A DNA stretch of 56,867 nt, from positions 1 to 56,867 of the forward strand of contig JANOHV010000108.1 in NCBI GenBank assembly GCA_031406795.1. The letters are read 5' to 3'. The notes under the pieces are model-generated. The model searched no databases, was not told the origin of the DNA, and was given only the letters and a program-made list of their open reading frames with translations. Numbering within the stretch: position 1 is the first letter of the stretch; every line of letters begins with the position of its first letter. Positions 1-10,091 of the stretch are shown in pieces. Source of the DNA: Candidatus Rokuibacteriota bacterium. GTDB taxonomy: Bacteria; JAUVQV01; DATDCY01. The translations under genes and the position numbers were made by a program.

Positions 1-29
1 CCCGTCACCGGGCTTCTCGTACGTGTCAT
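1..29 (-). CDS. possible 5' end of a gene running off the left edge
   Basis: AGAAAGGA SD-like motif 5 nt before ATG at 29 on the minus strand; only 9 codons visible. Confidence 0.25.
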
Positions 30-216
30 GCATGTCCTTTCTGACAGCGCCGCGTGCTCCGGGAGCAGAGCCGCTCGCCGGTGGTTGTTACACGCATCTT
101 TTCACGAATACCGGGTGAATGCAAACCGCTCCGCATGCGCCGGAAGCGCGCACGCGGCTGAGAATTTCTTTCCGGCCGGCGGCTGCGGGACCGGCAAGTG
201 CGCTATCCTGCCGCTC

Positions 217-1128
217 ATGAGCGAACGTGAAGCCTTCGCGCGCGGATCGCTGGCGGCGCGCATTGCGGCGGTCTCGGCCAGAGCCCTGGCCTTAGGGGCC
301 TTGCAGCCGATACTCACGAGCCACGAGTTCGTCGAGGAGGGCGGGGTGCGCTTCTTCGTGCGGGTACTCGCCAGCCTGCAGCGCAAGAGCGAGCAGCGCG
401 CGGCAGAGCAGCGGGCCGCCGCCGCCGGGCAGCCGTTCGACCCGTTCCTGCCGCCTGAGCAGGCGCTGTTCGTCGCGGATGTCACGGAGACTCACCTGGC
501 GATCCTCAACAAGTTCAACGTCGTCGACAACCATCTGCTGATCGTCACACGGGAGTTCGAACAGCAGCGCGAGTTGCTCACGCCCCGCGACTTCGAAGCC
601 TGGTGGCGGTGCCTGGGCGAGTACGAGAGCCTCGGCTTTTACAACGGCGGGGCCGAGGCCGGGGCGAGCCAGCAGCACAAGCATCTCCAGCTGGTGCCGC
701 TCCCGCTCGCGCCGCAGGGGCCGCCGGTGCCAATCGCCCCCCTGCTCGCCGGGGTCCGGGGGGCTGCCGAGGCCGAAACGATCCCCGGCTTCGACTTCCT
801 CCATGCCTTCGGGCGCCTCGGCGCGGCGAAAAGCCAGCGCGACGGGGCGCAAGCGGCCTTTGAACGTTACGCCGGGTTGCTCGAACAGGTCGGTCTGCGC
901 CCCCCCCGGGGACGGGGCGCCGAGTTGCAGAGCGACCCTTACTGCCTGCTCGCGACCCGGGAGTGGCTCCTGCTCGTGCCCAGATCCCGGGAGTTTTTCG
1001 GTTCGATCTCGATCAACGCCCTCGGCTACGCGGGCGCGCTGCTGGTCAGGAACGAGGAGCAGTTGCAGGCTCTGCGGTCGGCGGGCCCCCTCGCGGCGCT
1101 CCGGGAGACGGCTCTGCCGTCACGATAG
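217..1128 (+). CDS. ATP adenylyltransferase / Ap4A phosphorylase II family protein
   Basis: DPFLPPE, LNKFNVVDNHLLIVT, FYNGGAEAGASQQHKHLQ (HxHxQ) and SINALGYAG motifs; start moved to ATG 217. Confidence 0.85.
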   Translation: MSEREAFARGSLAARIAAVSARALALGALQPILTSHEFVEEGGVRFFVRVLASLQRKSEQRAAEQRAAAAGQPFDPFLPPEQALFVADVTETHLAILNKFNVVDNHLLIVTREFEQQRELLTPRDFEAWWRCLGEYESLGFYNGGAEAGASQQHKHLQLVPLPLAPQGPPVPIAPLLAGVRGAAEAETIPGFDFLHAFGRLGAAKSQRDGAQAAFERYAGLLEQVGLRPPRGRGAELQSDPYCLLATREWLLLVPRSREFFGSISINALGYAGALLVRNEEQLQALRSAGPLAALRETALPSR

Positions 1129-1161
1129 TGTCGCCCCTCGAGTTGGCACTCTAGTCCGGGG

Positions 1162-2106
1162 ATGGCCCGCTTCTCCTGCGCCCTCTGCCTCCTGGCCTCG
1201 CTGCTGCGCCCGCCGGGAGTTGGCGCGGTCGACGGCGGCGAGCCCGCCGCCGCGGTTCGCTCCGGGCCCGTCACCGTCGTTCACGCGGAGGGCGACGCCG
1301 GATACGCGCGCGCGGTGGCGGCTCTCGCGGTCGCCGCCCACGAGCGCATCCGGGGCGACCTCGGACTCGAGCAGCCCGTGGCGGCCGCCATTCTCCTGCT
1401 TACCGCCAACTCGCCCGCCTCGACCCGCGATGAGTGGGCGCGCCGCCTCCCCTCCTGGATGGCGGGCGCCGCGATCCCCGCCCGGCAGTTCATCATCGTC
1501 CGGGTGTCCCCCGGACAGACGCCCGCGAGCCTGGAGCCGCTGCTCGCTCACGAGCTGACGCACGTCATCCTCAAGGCGGATTACCCCGCCCACGACGAAT
1601 GGCCCGTCTGGTTCCAGGAGGGGCTCGCGATGCGCGAGTCGCGCACCGAGGGCTTGCGCGAGTACGTCACGCTCTCGGCCGCGGCGCTCTTCGATCGGCT
1701 GCTGCCGTTCGAGAGCCTGCGCGCGGGTTTCCCCGCCACCGCAGCCGAAGCCCGCCTCGCCTATGCCCAGAGCGCGAGCTTTCTCTCGTTCCTCGACTCC
1801 CGATCCGGCAGGGGGCGCTTCGCCGTCCTGATGCGCGAACTGCGGGAGCGCGACTTCGACGAAGCCTTCCGCAGCGCCTATGGCGTCGGAATCGGCGCGG
1901 CCGAGGGGCAATGGCGGCGCTGGACCGATCGCAGCTTCGCCTGGGTGCCTGCCGTGACCAGCGAGACCGCGTTCTGGCTGTTGGCCACCCTGCTCTTTCT
2001 CGTGGCCATTGCGGTCCGGCGGCGTCGCTCCCGCCTGATGCGCGAGCGATGGGAGCAGGAGGAGCACGAGGAGGAGCACGGGGACGGGCCGCTCAGCCCC
2101 ATCTGA
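1162..2106 (+). CDS. peptidase MA-like (HExxH) membrane-anchored protein
   Basis: signal peptide, LAHELTH, PVWFQEGLA, AYAQS, C-terminal TM helix and acidic tail. Confidence 0.8.
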   Translation: MARFSCALCLLASLLRPPGVGAVDGGEPAAAVRSGPVTVVHAEGDAGYARAVAALAVAAHERIRGDLGLEQPVAAAILLLTANSPASTRDEWARRLPSWMAGAAIPARQFIIVRVSPGQTPASLEPLLAHELTHVILKADYPAHDEWPVWFQEGLAMRESRTEGLREYVTLSAAALFDRLLPFESLRAGFPATAAEARLAYAQSASFLSFLDSRSGRGRFAVLMRELRERDFDEAFRSAYGVGIGAAEGQWRRWTDRSFAWVPAVTSETAFWLLATLLFLVAIAVRRRRSRLMRERWEQEEHEEEHGDGPLSPI

Positions 2107-2215
2107 CGCGCAGCCGCGCCAGTTCCGCGCACGACGACCGTTTCGCCGACCCCAGCGAATGGCGAAGGGTTTCGCGTGCAGCAGTTCGTTCATGATCACC
2201 CCCGCGGGTGTCCCG

Positions 2216-3880
2216 CTAGCGCTTTCCCTGCCGAGCCCGAGCTTCGTAGAGCGCGAGGTGTGCCCCGGGGTAGTCGGGCACGATCTGCAGCGCCGCCCGG
2301 AATTGCCGCTCGGCTTCGGCGGCCCGGCCGAGGCCGGACAGTGCGGCCCCGATGTTGAAGTGGGTGTCGGCAATGTACACTCCGCGCCGCTCTTCACGCC
2401 GGTAGCAATCCAACGCGCGGGTGAGCGCCTCCATCGCCTCCGCGTGGCGGGCCAGGCGGTTGAGCGTCAGGCCAAGATTGTAGTGGGCGTTGCAGTGCTC
2501 CGGCTCGATGCGTGCCGTCTCCCGCAGGATGCTGCTGGCTTCCTCGTTGCGCCCGGCGCTCATCAGCATCGAGCCGAGGTTGTTCAAGACGATGTAGTTG
2601 TCCCTGGTGACTCCCACCGTGTACTGAAAAAGGGCGATGCTGTCGCGCCAGACCCGCACATACCGGAAGGCGGCGGCGCCGAGACCCACGATCACGATGA
2701 CGCACGCCAGGGTCAGCCCGCGCCGCGCCGCGCTTCGCCGCGGCCACAGATCGCCGGCCAGCCAGACCAGGGCCACGGCGACACCGACCAGCGTGAGATA
2801 GGTGTAGCGGTCGCTGCGCGCCTGTCCGCCCACCTGAATCAAACCGATGACCGGGACCAGCGTCCCGAGGTACCAGAGCCAGCCCACCGGGAGGTAGGGT
2901 CGCCGGCGGCCGGCCATGAGCGCCGCGACCGTGATCAGGGCGAGGGCCACGGCGGCGGCGCCGCCCCCCCAGCCGAGGGCCTCCCGGGGATAGGGGTAGA
3001 GAAAAGCCAGCCTGTCCGGCCAGAGGAAGGCCCCGAGGTACTTCAGATAGGAAGTGGCCGCGTTGGCCAGGCGAGTCCAGACGTCGGGGGCGACCATCGG
3101 AATCACGTTGAGCGTCTGCGCCCGCAGGGTCAGCAGGCTCGAAACCAGCGACAACGCGAGAAATGGCACCTTTTCTGCGAGCAGCGCCCGTCCGGTGCGG
3201 GAGCCCGCAAGCGTTGCGCGCGTCGGGACGCCCGTCCCGGACGGGAGGGTCCGCCCGAGAGGCCACCAGTCGAGCAGGAGCAGGACGCAGGGCAGGGTGA
3301 CGAGCATCGGCTTCGCGGCGAGCCCCAGGGCGAACAGACCGAGCGCCGCGAGATAGCGGCGGGCGGCCGGGCGGCGCGCGTAGCGCAGGTAGGCCCCCAT
3401 CGTCAGGAGCCAGAACAGCGCCGAGAGGACGTCCTTGCGCTCCGCCGCCCAGGCCACCGACTCTACCCGAAGGGGATGCAGCGCGAAGAGGGCGGCCACG
3501 GCGGCACTGCGCCAGCAGGCGCCGGTCATGGCCTTCAGGACCGCGAAAAGCAGTACGGCATTGCCGGCATGCAGGCCGACGCTCACGAGATGGTGACCCC
3601 CGGCCCAGAGACCGAAGATCTGGCAATCGAGCATGTGGGAGAGCCAGGTCAGCGGGTGCCAGTTCGCGCCCCGATAGCCGGCGGACCAGAGCAGGCCCTT
3701 CCACGTCAGACCGTCCTTGACCGGCTGATTGTTGAAGATGTAGGTGTCGTCGTCGTACGCAATGAATTCGTGGTGGGCGGTCTGGCCGTAGACGGCGGCG
3801 ACGGCCAGCACGAGCAGCAGCGCGATCAGCAGGATACGCCGGTCGAGCCGGGGGCGTGCCGGACGGTTTCTATTCGCCAT
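2216..3880 (-). CDS. TMTC-like GT-C membrane glycosyltransferase with C-terminal TPRs
   Basis: YDDDTY, WHPLTWLSH, HPLRVESVAWAAERKD, DRYTY motifs, many TM segments, TPR repeats (AHYNLG, THFNIG). Confidence 0.8.
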   Translation of the reverse strand: MANRNRPARPRLDRRILLIALLLVLAVAAVYGQTAHHEFIAYDDDTYIFNNQPVKDGLTWKGLLWSAGYRGANWHPLTWLSHMLDCQIFGLWAGGHHLVSVGLHAGNAVLLFAVLKAMTGACWRSAAVAALFALHPLRVESVAWAAERKDVLSALFWLLTMGAYLRYARRPAARRYLAALGLFALGLAAKPMLVTLPCVLLLLDWWPLGRTLPSGTGVPTRATLAGSRTGRALLAEKVPFLALSLVSSLLTLRAQTLNVIPMVAPDVWTRLANAATSYLKYLGAFLWPDRLAFLYPYPREALGWGGGAAAVALALITVAALMAGRRRPYLPVGWLWYLGTLVPVIGLIQVGGQARSDRYTYLTLVGVAVALVWLAGDLWPRRSAARRGLTLACVIVIVGLGAAAFRYVRVWRDSIALFQYTVGVTRDNYIVLNNLGSMLMSAGRNEEASSILRETARIEPEHCNAHYNLGLTLNRLARHAEAMEALTRALDCYRREERRGVYIADTHFNIGAALSGLGRAAEAERQFRAALQIVPDYPGAHLALYEARARQGKR

Positions 3881-3926
3881 CCCGGCCGATCTTACCGGAG
3901 AAAGGGCGGTCCGGGGGGCGCCGGCC

Positions 3927-5075
3927 CTACCAGCGCGTGCGGAAGAGATCGACGCGGGAAAGGAAGATGTCGGCGCGCGCGATCAGCCAGTAGCTGATGA
4001 GCTCACGCAGCTTGTCGAGCGGGGATCGGTTGCGCCAGCGCGCCAGCTCCATGCGCTCGGAGCGCGCGAGATCGGCCTCGAATTCGCCGCGCGCCACGGC
4101 GGCGAGCGCCGGATCGTGCACCACGGCGGTGAGCTCGTGGTTGAGACGGTCGCTCCTCAGGTCGAGGTTCGCCGAACCCACCAGCAGCGTGTCGTCGGCG
4201 ACGGCCAGCTTGGCGTGCAGGATCGCGGGAAGATATTCGTAGACTTCGATCCCCGCGCGCAACAGCCGCCCGTAGAGTCCCCGCGCGGCCCAGCGCATCG
4301 CCGGCACGTCGGTGCGCCGGGTCACGAGCAGGCGCACCCGCACGCCGCGGCCGACCGCGCGGCGCAACTCGCGCAGGATACGCCCCGGCGGAAAGAAATA
4401 GCCCATCGCCAGGTCGACGCTGACGCTCGCGCCCCGGATCACCTCGCGATGCGTCTGGAGCGCGAGTCGCGCGGTTTCGCCGGGCCCGCTGGCGATGAAA
4501 CGCACCCTCCCCTGCGCCTGCTCCCCTGCGTGCGGCGTGCGGCGTCGGAAGAACGCCCGGAGCAGCAGCGGCCGGTCGGCGCGGACCCACATCCTCAGGA
4601 ACGAGCGGTGCAGGCGGGCGGCCTCGGGTCCCTCGACACCGAGCAGGAAATCACGCCAGGGCTGTTCCCCAGGCCTGCCGGCGCGGTACTCGTCGGCGAC
4701 GTTCAAGCCGCCGAGCCATGCGGTCTCGTCGTCGACCAGGAGCAGCTTGCGATGGTTGCGGAACGGGAAGAGCCCGCGGCGGATCGGGTGGAAGAGGCGC
4801 ACCTCGGCCCCGGCTGCCCGCAGCGGCGCCCAGAAGGCGTCCGGCGTCGTCCACGAGCCCCAGGCGTCGACGAGGACTTTTACCTGCACGTTTCTGCGGG
4901 CGGCGGCGGCGAGGCGGTCGCGAAACTCGCGGCCGGTGTCGTCGGCGGCGAAAAAGTACATCTCGAGGAAGACGGAGGTCCCCGCGCGGGCGATCGCGTC
5001 GAGCATGGCGGCAAAGGCCGCGCGACCGTCGCCGATCAGACGCAGGCCGCTCACCCGCTGACCCCTCGCCGGCAT
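3927..5075 (-). CDS. cardiolipin synthase (ClsB-like phospholipase D)
   Basis: two HKD motifs: RNHRKLLLVD..GGLN and LHAKLAVAD..GSANLD; start at 5075 or GTG 5054. Confidence 0.85.
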   Translation of the reverse strand: MPARGQRVSGLRLIGDGRAAFAAMLDAIARAGTSVFLEMYFFAADDTGREFRDRLAAAARRNVQVKVLVDAWGSWTTPDAFWAPLRAAGAEVRLFHPIRRGLFPFRNHRKLLLVDDETAWLGGLNVADEYRAGRPGEQPWRDFLLGVEGPEAARLHRSFLRMWVRADRPLLLRAFFRRRTPHAGEQAQGRVRFIASGPGETARLALQTHREVIRGASVSVDLAMGYFFPPGRILRELRRAVGRGVRVRLLVTRRTDVPAMRWAARGLYGRLLRAGIEVYEYLPAILHAKLAVADDTLLVGSANLDLRSDRLNHELTAVVHDPALAAVARGEFEADLARSERMELARWRNRSPLDKLRELISYWLIARADIFLSRVDLFRTRW

Positions 5076-5108
5076 TCCCCGCGGTTCACCACGGACCCTC
5101 CGCGATGG

Positions 5109-5909
5109 CTATTCGTACTTCTCCCGGCGCCAGCGGTACGGCAGGTCGACGATCGCCCCCGGCTCGCTGATCTCAACGAGCGCCTTGAAGGCCGCCCGCA
5201 GCACGGTGCGCTGCTGCGCGGCGTTGCCGGGCTCGCCGAACGGATGCCCGTACGGCCAGCGCAGAAAGACCGTGCGCGGCGGGCGCACCTGCTCGCTGTA
5301 GCTCCTGACGATCGAGACGCCGATCGTCGGGATCCCCGCCCGCTCGATCTGCCGCTGGACCAGACCCACGGTCTGGTTGCAGATCGCTCAGCCGGGGGCA
5401 AGCAGCACGGCATCCACCCCGGCCTTCTTCAATCGCGCAGCCGCATCGGGAGCGGTCCGACGCTTGAGAGTCTCCAGGTGCTGTCCGGTGATGTGCCCCA
5501 TGAAGCCGTAGCCAAACCGCGCGACGGCGCCGATCTCCCCCGCCGCAACCAGTTCCCGCAGCCGCTCGACGGGGAACACGACGTTGAGATCGCGGTCGGC
5601 GTCCGTGTGGTCATAGTAGTCGTGCGTGATCATCAGCGAATCGAGGGGCCGCTCCAGGTCGAGTTCGCGGAACGACGGGTCCCCGTCGGGATCGTGCATG
5701 TCGAAGGCTGGCTGTCCGCGGTGATGAATCCCCGCGGTGGTGACCAGGGCGATCGTCGAGCGCGCGAGCGGTCTTGTCACCGGAGCCCACGGGATGCCGT
5801 CCTCCTGGAGCTCGGCGCGGTACCCTGCGGCGAACCGCTCCCCGATCGACGGGAACGCGGTGGCCAGCGCGGCCAGCCCGCGATTCTTCAGACGCAACAG
5901 CAGCGACAC
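5109..5909 (-). CDS. PrdB/GrdB-family (proline/glycine reductase B-like) selenoprotein, 266 aa, Sec at codon 174
   Basis: GTG start with GGAGG SD; ALVTTAG, THDYYDH..ADRDLNVVFP; in-frame TGA at 5390-5388 within DAVLLAPG-U-AIC-NQTVGLVQRQIERAGIPT; homology continues in the same frame to 5109. Confidence 0.88.
5359..5377 (-). promoter_or_regulatory. SECIS-like hairpin
   Basis: perfect 8-bp stem ACCAGACC-GUG-GGUCUGGU starting 11 nt after the UGA; GU at the start of the apical loop. Confidence 0.75.
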
Positions 5910-6091
5910 GCTCGAGCCTCCCGATCCTGGCACGGAATCGCCGCGCCGTCCCTCCCCTCCAGTGTGACCAAAATTTCGCGGGGGCGCAAGATGGCCGCGC
6001 CGTCGACGCGGGCTCCTGGAGGCGGCGGGCCTCGCGCTCACGAAGATAGTCCCGGCACGGTTCGAGGTGAGCGTGATCGAGGCGGTGCCGC

Positions 6092-9000
6092 TCACCCGGC
6101 AGCAAGCGCCCGTCTGAAAATGTGCATCGTCTCCTCCCATGAGCGCTTCGTGAGATCGATTTCCATCTCGCCGCCATCCCCCTCGGTGACGCGCCCCGGG
6201 CACGCCGCCGCGAAGGCGCTCGAAACGCGACGCGGGGGCGAGCCGGTGGCGAACAACAGGCGGTATCGGCGCTCGGCGGTCTCCTCGATCCGGGCGACCC
6301 CTGGCAAGCCGGCAGAGCGCCCTGAGCTCCGCGAGATCCAGCAGCCGCGCGGCCTCCAGCGGGGGCGGGCCAAAGCGGTCGGCCAGTTCGCGGCGCACAT
6401 CCGCGACCGCGCCCGCATCGCGCGCTGCCTGGATCTTGCGCAGCACGGAGAATCGCAGCGCCGGATCGTCGACCCAGGCGGCCGGCAGGTGCGCGGCCAG
6501 CCGCAGCTCGAGCACCGGTTCGACGCGCGTCGCCGGGGCCTCCCCCTTGAGTTCGGCGACTGCCTCGGCCAACATCTCCAGATACAAGTCGAACCCGATC
6601 GCGGCGACGTGCCCGGACTGCTCGGCGCCGAGCAGGTCCCCCGCCCCGCGGATCTCCAGATCGCGCAGCGCCAGCCGGAAACCCGCCCCGAGGTACGAGA
6701 GTTCCGTCAGCGCCTCGAGCCGCAGCTTCGCCTCCTCGGTGATGCGGTCCTCGTGAGGGACGAGGAAATACGCGAACGCCCGGCGGTCCGAGCGCCCGAC
6801 ACGCCCCTTGAGCTGGTAGAGGTCGGCCAGGCCGAAGCGGTCGGCGCGGTCGACAATCAGTGTGTTCGCACGCGGCACGTCGAGTCCGGCGCCGACGATG
6901 GCGGTTGCCAGCAGCAGGTCGATTTCGCCGGTGTGGAAGCGGTGCATGACCTCTTCGAGCGCCGCGCCCGGCATCCGGGCGTGAGCCACCCCGATGCGCC
7001 GGCCGGGCAGCAGCCCCTGCAGGAAGACGCCGAGGCGCCCGATCGACTCGATCCGGTTGTGCACGAAGTAGGCCTGCCCGCCCCGGGCGAATTCGCGCTC
7101 GAGCGCCTCGCGCACCAGCCGCGCCTCGAAGCGCGCGACGATGGTCTTCGCGGCGAGGCGCTCCTCCGGCGGCGTCTCCAGCGTGCTGATCCCGCGCACG
7201 CCGGCGAGCGCCATCGAGAGGGTGCGCGGGATCGGCGTCGCCGTCAGCGTGAGCACGTCCACCCCCGGGCGCAGCCGGCGGATCCGCTCCTTGTGCTCGA
7301 CGCCGAAGCGCTGCTCCTCGTCGACGATCACCAGCCCGAGATCCCGGAACGAGACGTCTTTGCCGAGCAGCCGGTGCGTCCCGACGACAACGCCGGTCGC
7401 CCCGGCGGCCAGGCGCGAGAGCACCGCCCGCTCCTCGTCCGCCGGCGTGAAACGCGTCAGGGCGTCGATGCGCACCGGAAACGGGGCGAAGCGCGCCGCA
7501 AAGACGTCGGCATGCTGCTCGGCGAGCAGCGTGGTCGGGGCGATCAGCGCGACCTGCCGGCCGTCCGCCGCCGCTTTGAAGGCCGCGCGCATCGCGACTT
7601 CGGTCTTCCCGTAGCCGACGTCCCCGCAGAGCAGCCAGTCCATCGGCCGGGGCCGCTCCATCGCCGCGCTGATCTCCTCGCAGCTCGTCCGCTGGTCGGG
7701 CGTCGGGTCGAAGGGGAACGCGTCGGCGAACTCCCGGTGCCGCTCGTCGTCCGGGGAGAATGCGAACCCGGCCGCCGCCTCGCGCTCGGCCGCCAGCCGC
7801 AGCAATTCCGCCGCCATCTCGCGGACCTTCTCCCTGGCCCTCCCCTTCGCCGCGCGCCAGACGCCGCCGCCGATCGTGTCCAAGCGCGGCGGCGCGCCGC
7901 CCCCCGCCGTGTGATAGCGCCGGAGCAGGTCGATGCGCTCGCTCGGCACGAGCAGCCGCCCGCCGCCGGCGTACTCCAGCCGCAGGAAGTCCTGATCGTG
8001 CGCGCGCTCCACGCCGGCAAAACGCCCGATCCCGTGCTCCAGGTGCACGACGTGGTCCCCGGGGGAGAGTTCGTCGAGAGAAGCAAGGAGCGCCCCAACC
8101 CGGTTCTGCAGCGTGGCCCGGGAAGGAGGGCGCGGACCGAAGAGTTCGGCCGAAGTCAGCGCAAGAAAACCCGAGTCCGGGTCGAGAAAACCCGCGGTGA
8201 GTTTCCCGTGCACGAGGACCAGCGGACCCGGATGCGTCCCGATCCCCGCCGGGTCGATAATCCGAACGTCCGTCCCGGCCTCGCCGAGCAGGTCGCGCAC
8301 GCGCTCGGCCTCCCCGAGCGTCTCGGCGGCGATGAGCAGCGGGTGCTGCGCGGCGACGGCCGCGAGGCGCGGGCCAAGAGCGGCGAGCCCCTCGACGGCG
8401 CCCCGCCGCTCCTTGACGGTCAGCCCGAAGCCTTTCACGCCTCCCGCCTCCGGGCCGAGGGCACCGTCGGCAACGACGAGATGCCCCGGCAGCAGCGAGA
8501 ACAGGGAAGCCCCCGCTTCGGGTTCCAGCGCGGGCAGTAGCCGGACCCCCGGCTGATCGCGGAAAGTGCGCTGGGTCCCGACGTCGAACGCCCGCAGCGC
8601 CTGCACGCGGCCCGACTCGTATTCGACCCTGACCGGGTGCTCGCCGGCCGCCGCAAAGACGTCGATCCGCCCCTGCCGCAGCGCGAACTCGCCGGCGTCC
8701 GCGACAACCTGCACGCGGCGGTAGCCCATCTCCGACAGCAGCTCAGCGAGGAACAGCGGATCGACTTCGCCCCCCGCTTCCAGGTCGATCGACCGCGCGT
8801 TCAGCGCTGCGACGTCGAAGACCGGCGATCCCGCAGCCTCCGGGTCCGCGACGACGACCGCAACCTCGCCCGCGCCGAGCCGCGTCAGGGCCGCGAGCCG
8901 GGCGGCGCGCAGCCGCTTCTCGCGCGGGGGGACCAGCAGCGGCGGGGGCAAACCAAGCGCCGCGGCGAAGAAGCCCAGGTCACGGTGCAACCGCTCGGCC

Positions 9001-9128
9001 TCCTCGACGGCCCGGCAGAGGACGAGCACCGGCCGGGCCAGACGCAGCAGGAACAAGGCCCGGGCGGACCCGGCGAGTCCCCGAGCGCCGCCGGCGGCGA
9101 CCGATCTCTCGAACGATGGAAGACGCAT
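6092..9128 (-). CDS. mfd: transcription-repair coupling factor Mfd, with a frameshift near 6302 in the C-terminal TRCF domain
   Basis: GDHVVHLEHGIG (RID), CGDVGYGKTEVA, DEEQRFG, TATPIPRT, QLKGRVGRS, DLEIRGAG; C-terminus GVARIEE...ALAAG* lies in another frame. Confidence 0.9.
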
Positions 9129-9196
9129 CTGGCCGTCGAGGATAGAGACTCGCCCGCCCGCGGGCAAGAACCCGGGCCCGGGAGCGCACTTAGACC

Positions 9197-9226
9197 TTGT
9201 CGCGGAGACCGGCAATTGAGTATACT
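9197..9226 (+). promoter_or_regulatory. sigma70-like promoter of the ABC/ligase operon
   Basis: TTGTCG-N18-TATACT ahead of ATG 9266. Confidence 0.4.
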
Positions 9227-9265
9227 TTCGCGGCTTTGGGTGGGGGTCAGGGGGCAAGAGTGGCG

Positions 9266-10078
9266 ATGGCGCAGGCGGCTTCGGGCACGACGACCGCGAC
9301 ACCGATCCTCGAGCTGCGGGACGTCTCCCTGCACTTCGGCGGGATCACCGCGCTCGACGGCGTCGGCTTCACCGTCAACCAGGGCGAGATCTTCGCCGTC
9401 ATCGGCCCCAACGGCGCGGGCAAGACGAGCGTCTTCAACTGCATCTCCGGCCTCTATCATCCCGCCAAGGGGAGCATCCTGTTCGAGGGCCGGGAGATCG
9501 CCGGCCTGACGCCCGCCCGCCGCGCGCGCCTCGGCCTGGCTCGCTCCTTCCAGAACATCGAGCTGTTCAAGGGCATGACGGTGATCGACAACCTGATGCT
9601 CGGCCGGCACATCCACATGAAAACCGGCCTGCTCACCGGCGGACTCTTCTTCGGCCCCGCCCGCCGCGAGGAGATCCGCAACCGCGAGGTTGTCGAGGAG
9701 ATCATCGACTTTCTCGAGATCCAGGCGATCCGCCAGAAGGTGGTCGGCACGCTGGCCTACGGGCTGCAAAAGCGCGTCGAACTCGGCCGGGCGCTCGCGC
9801 TCGCGCCGAAGCTGTTGCTGCTGGACGAGCCGATGGCCGGCATGAACGCCGAGGAGACCGAGGACATGGCGCGCTTCGTGCTGGACATCAAGGACGAGCG
9901 CAACACCAGCATCGTCCTGATCGAGCACGACATGGGCGTGGTCATGGACATCTGCGACCGGATCTGCGCGATCGACTTCGGCGTCAAGCTCGCGGAAGGC
10001 ACGCCGGCCGAGATCCAGGCCAACCCGAACGTCGTCAGCGCCTACCTGGGCGAAACCGATGTGTTGTTCAACATATGA
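9266..10078 (+). CDS. branched-chain-amino-acid-type ABC ATPase (LivG-like)
   Basis: GPNGAGKT, LAYGLQKRVELGRAL, LLLDEP, IEHDM. Confidence 0.92.
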   Translation: MAQAASGTTTATPILELRDVSLHFGGITALDGVGFTVNQGEIFAVIGPNGAGKTSVFNCISGLYHPAKGSILFEGREIAGLTPARRARLGLARSFQNIELFKGMTVIDNLMLGRHIHMKTGLLTGGLFFGPARREEIRNREVVEEIIDFLEIQAIRQKVVGTLAYGLQKRVELGRALALAPKLLLLDEPMAGMNAEETEDMARFVLDIKDERNTSIVLIEHDMGVVMDICDRICAIDFGVKLAEGTPAEIQANPNVVSAYLGETDVLFNI

Positions 10079-10091
10079 GCATGAGACAGCA

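Noticed and set aside
5928-5943. sigma54 promoter TGGCACGGAATCGC
   Set aside because: GG-GC spacing is one base short and there is no plus-strand gene downstream.
4116-8540. 1474-aa plus-strand ORF and similar long ORFs (2159-3997, 10068-12581, 37152-39377, 49856-52057, 52104-54155)
   Set aside because: These are antisense shadows of real genes, expected in high-GC DNA, and carry no protein motifs.
5388-9302. 1304-aa ORF as a real Mfd-reductase fusion
   Set aside because: The linker is out-of-frame, low-complexity sequence. The true Mfd end is in another frame, and the PrdB-like gene has its own SD and GTG.
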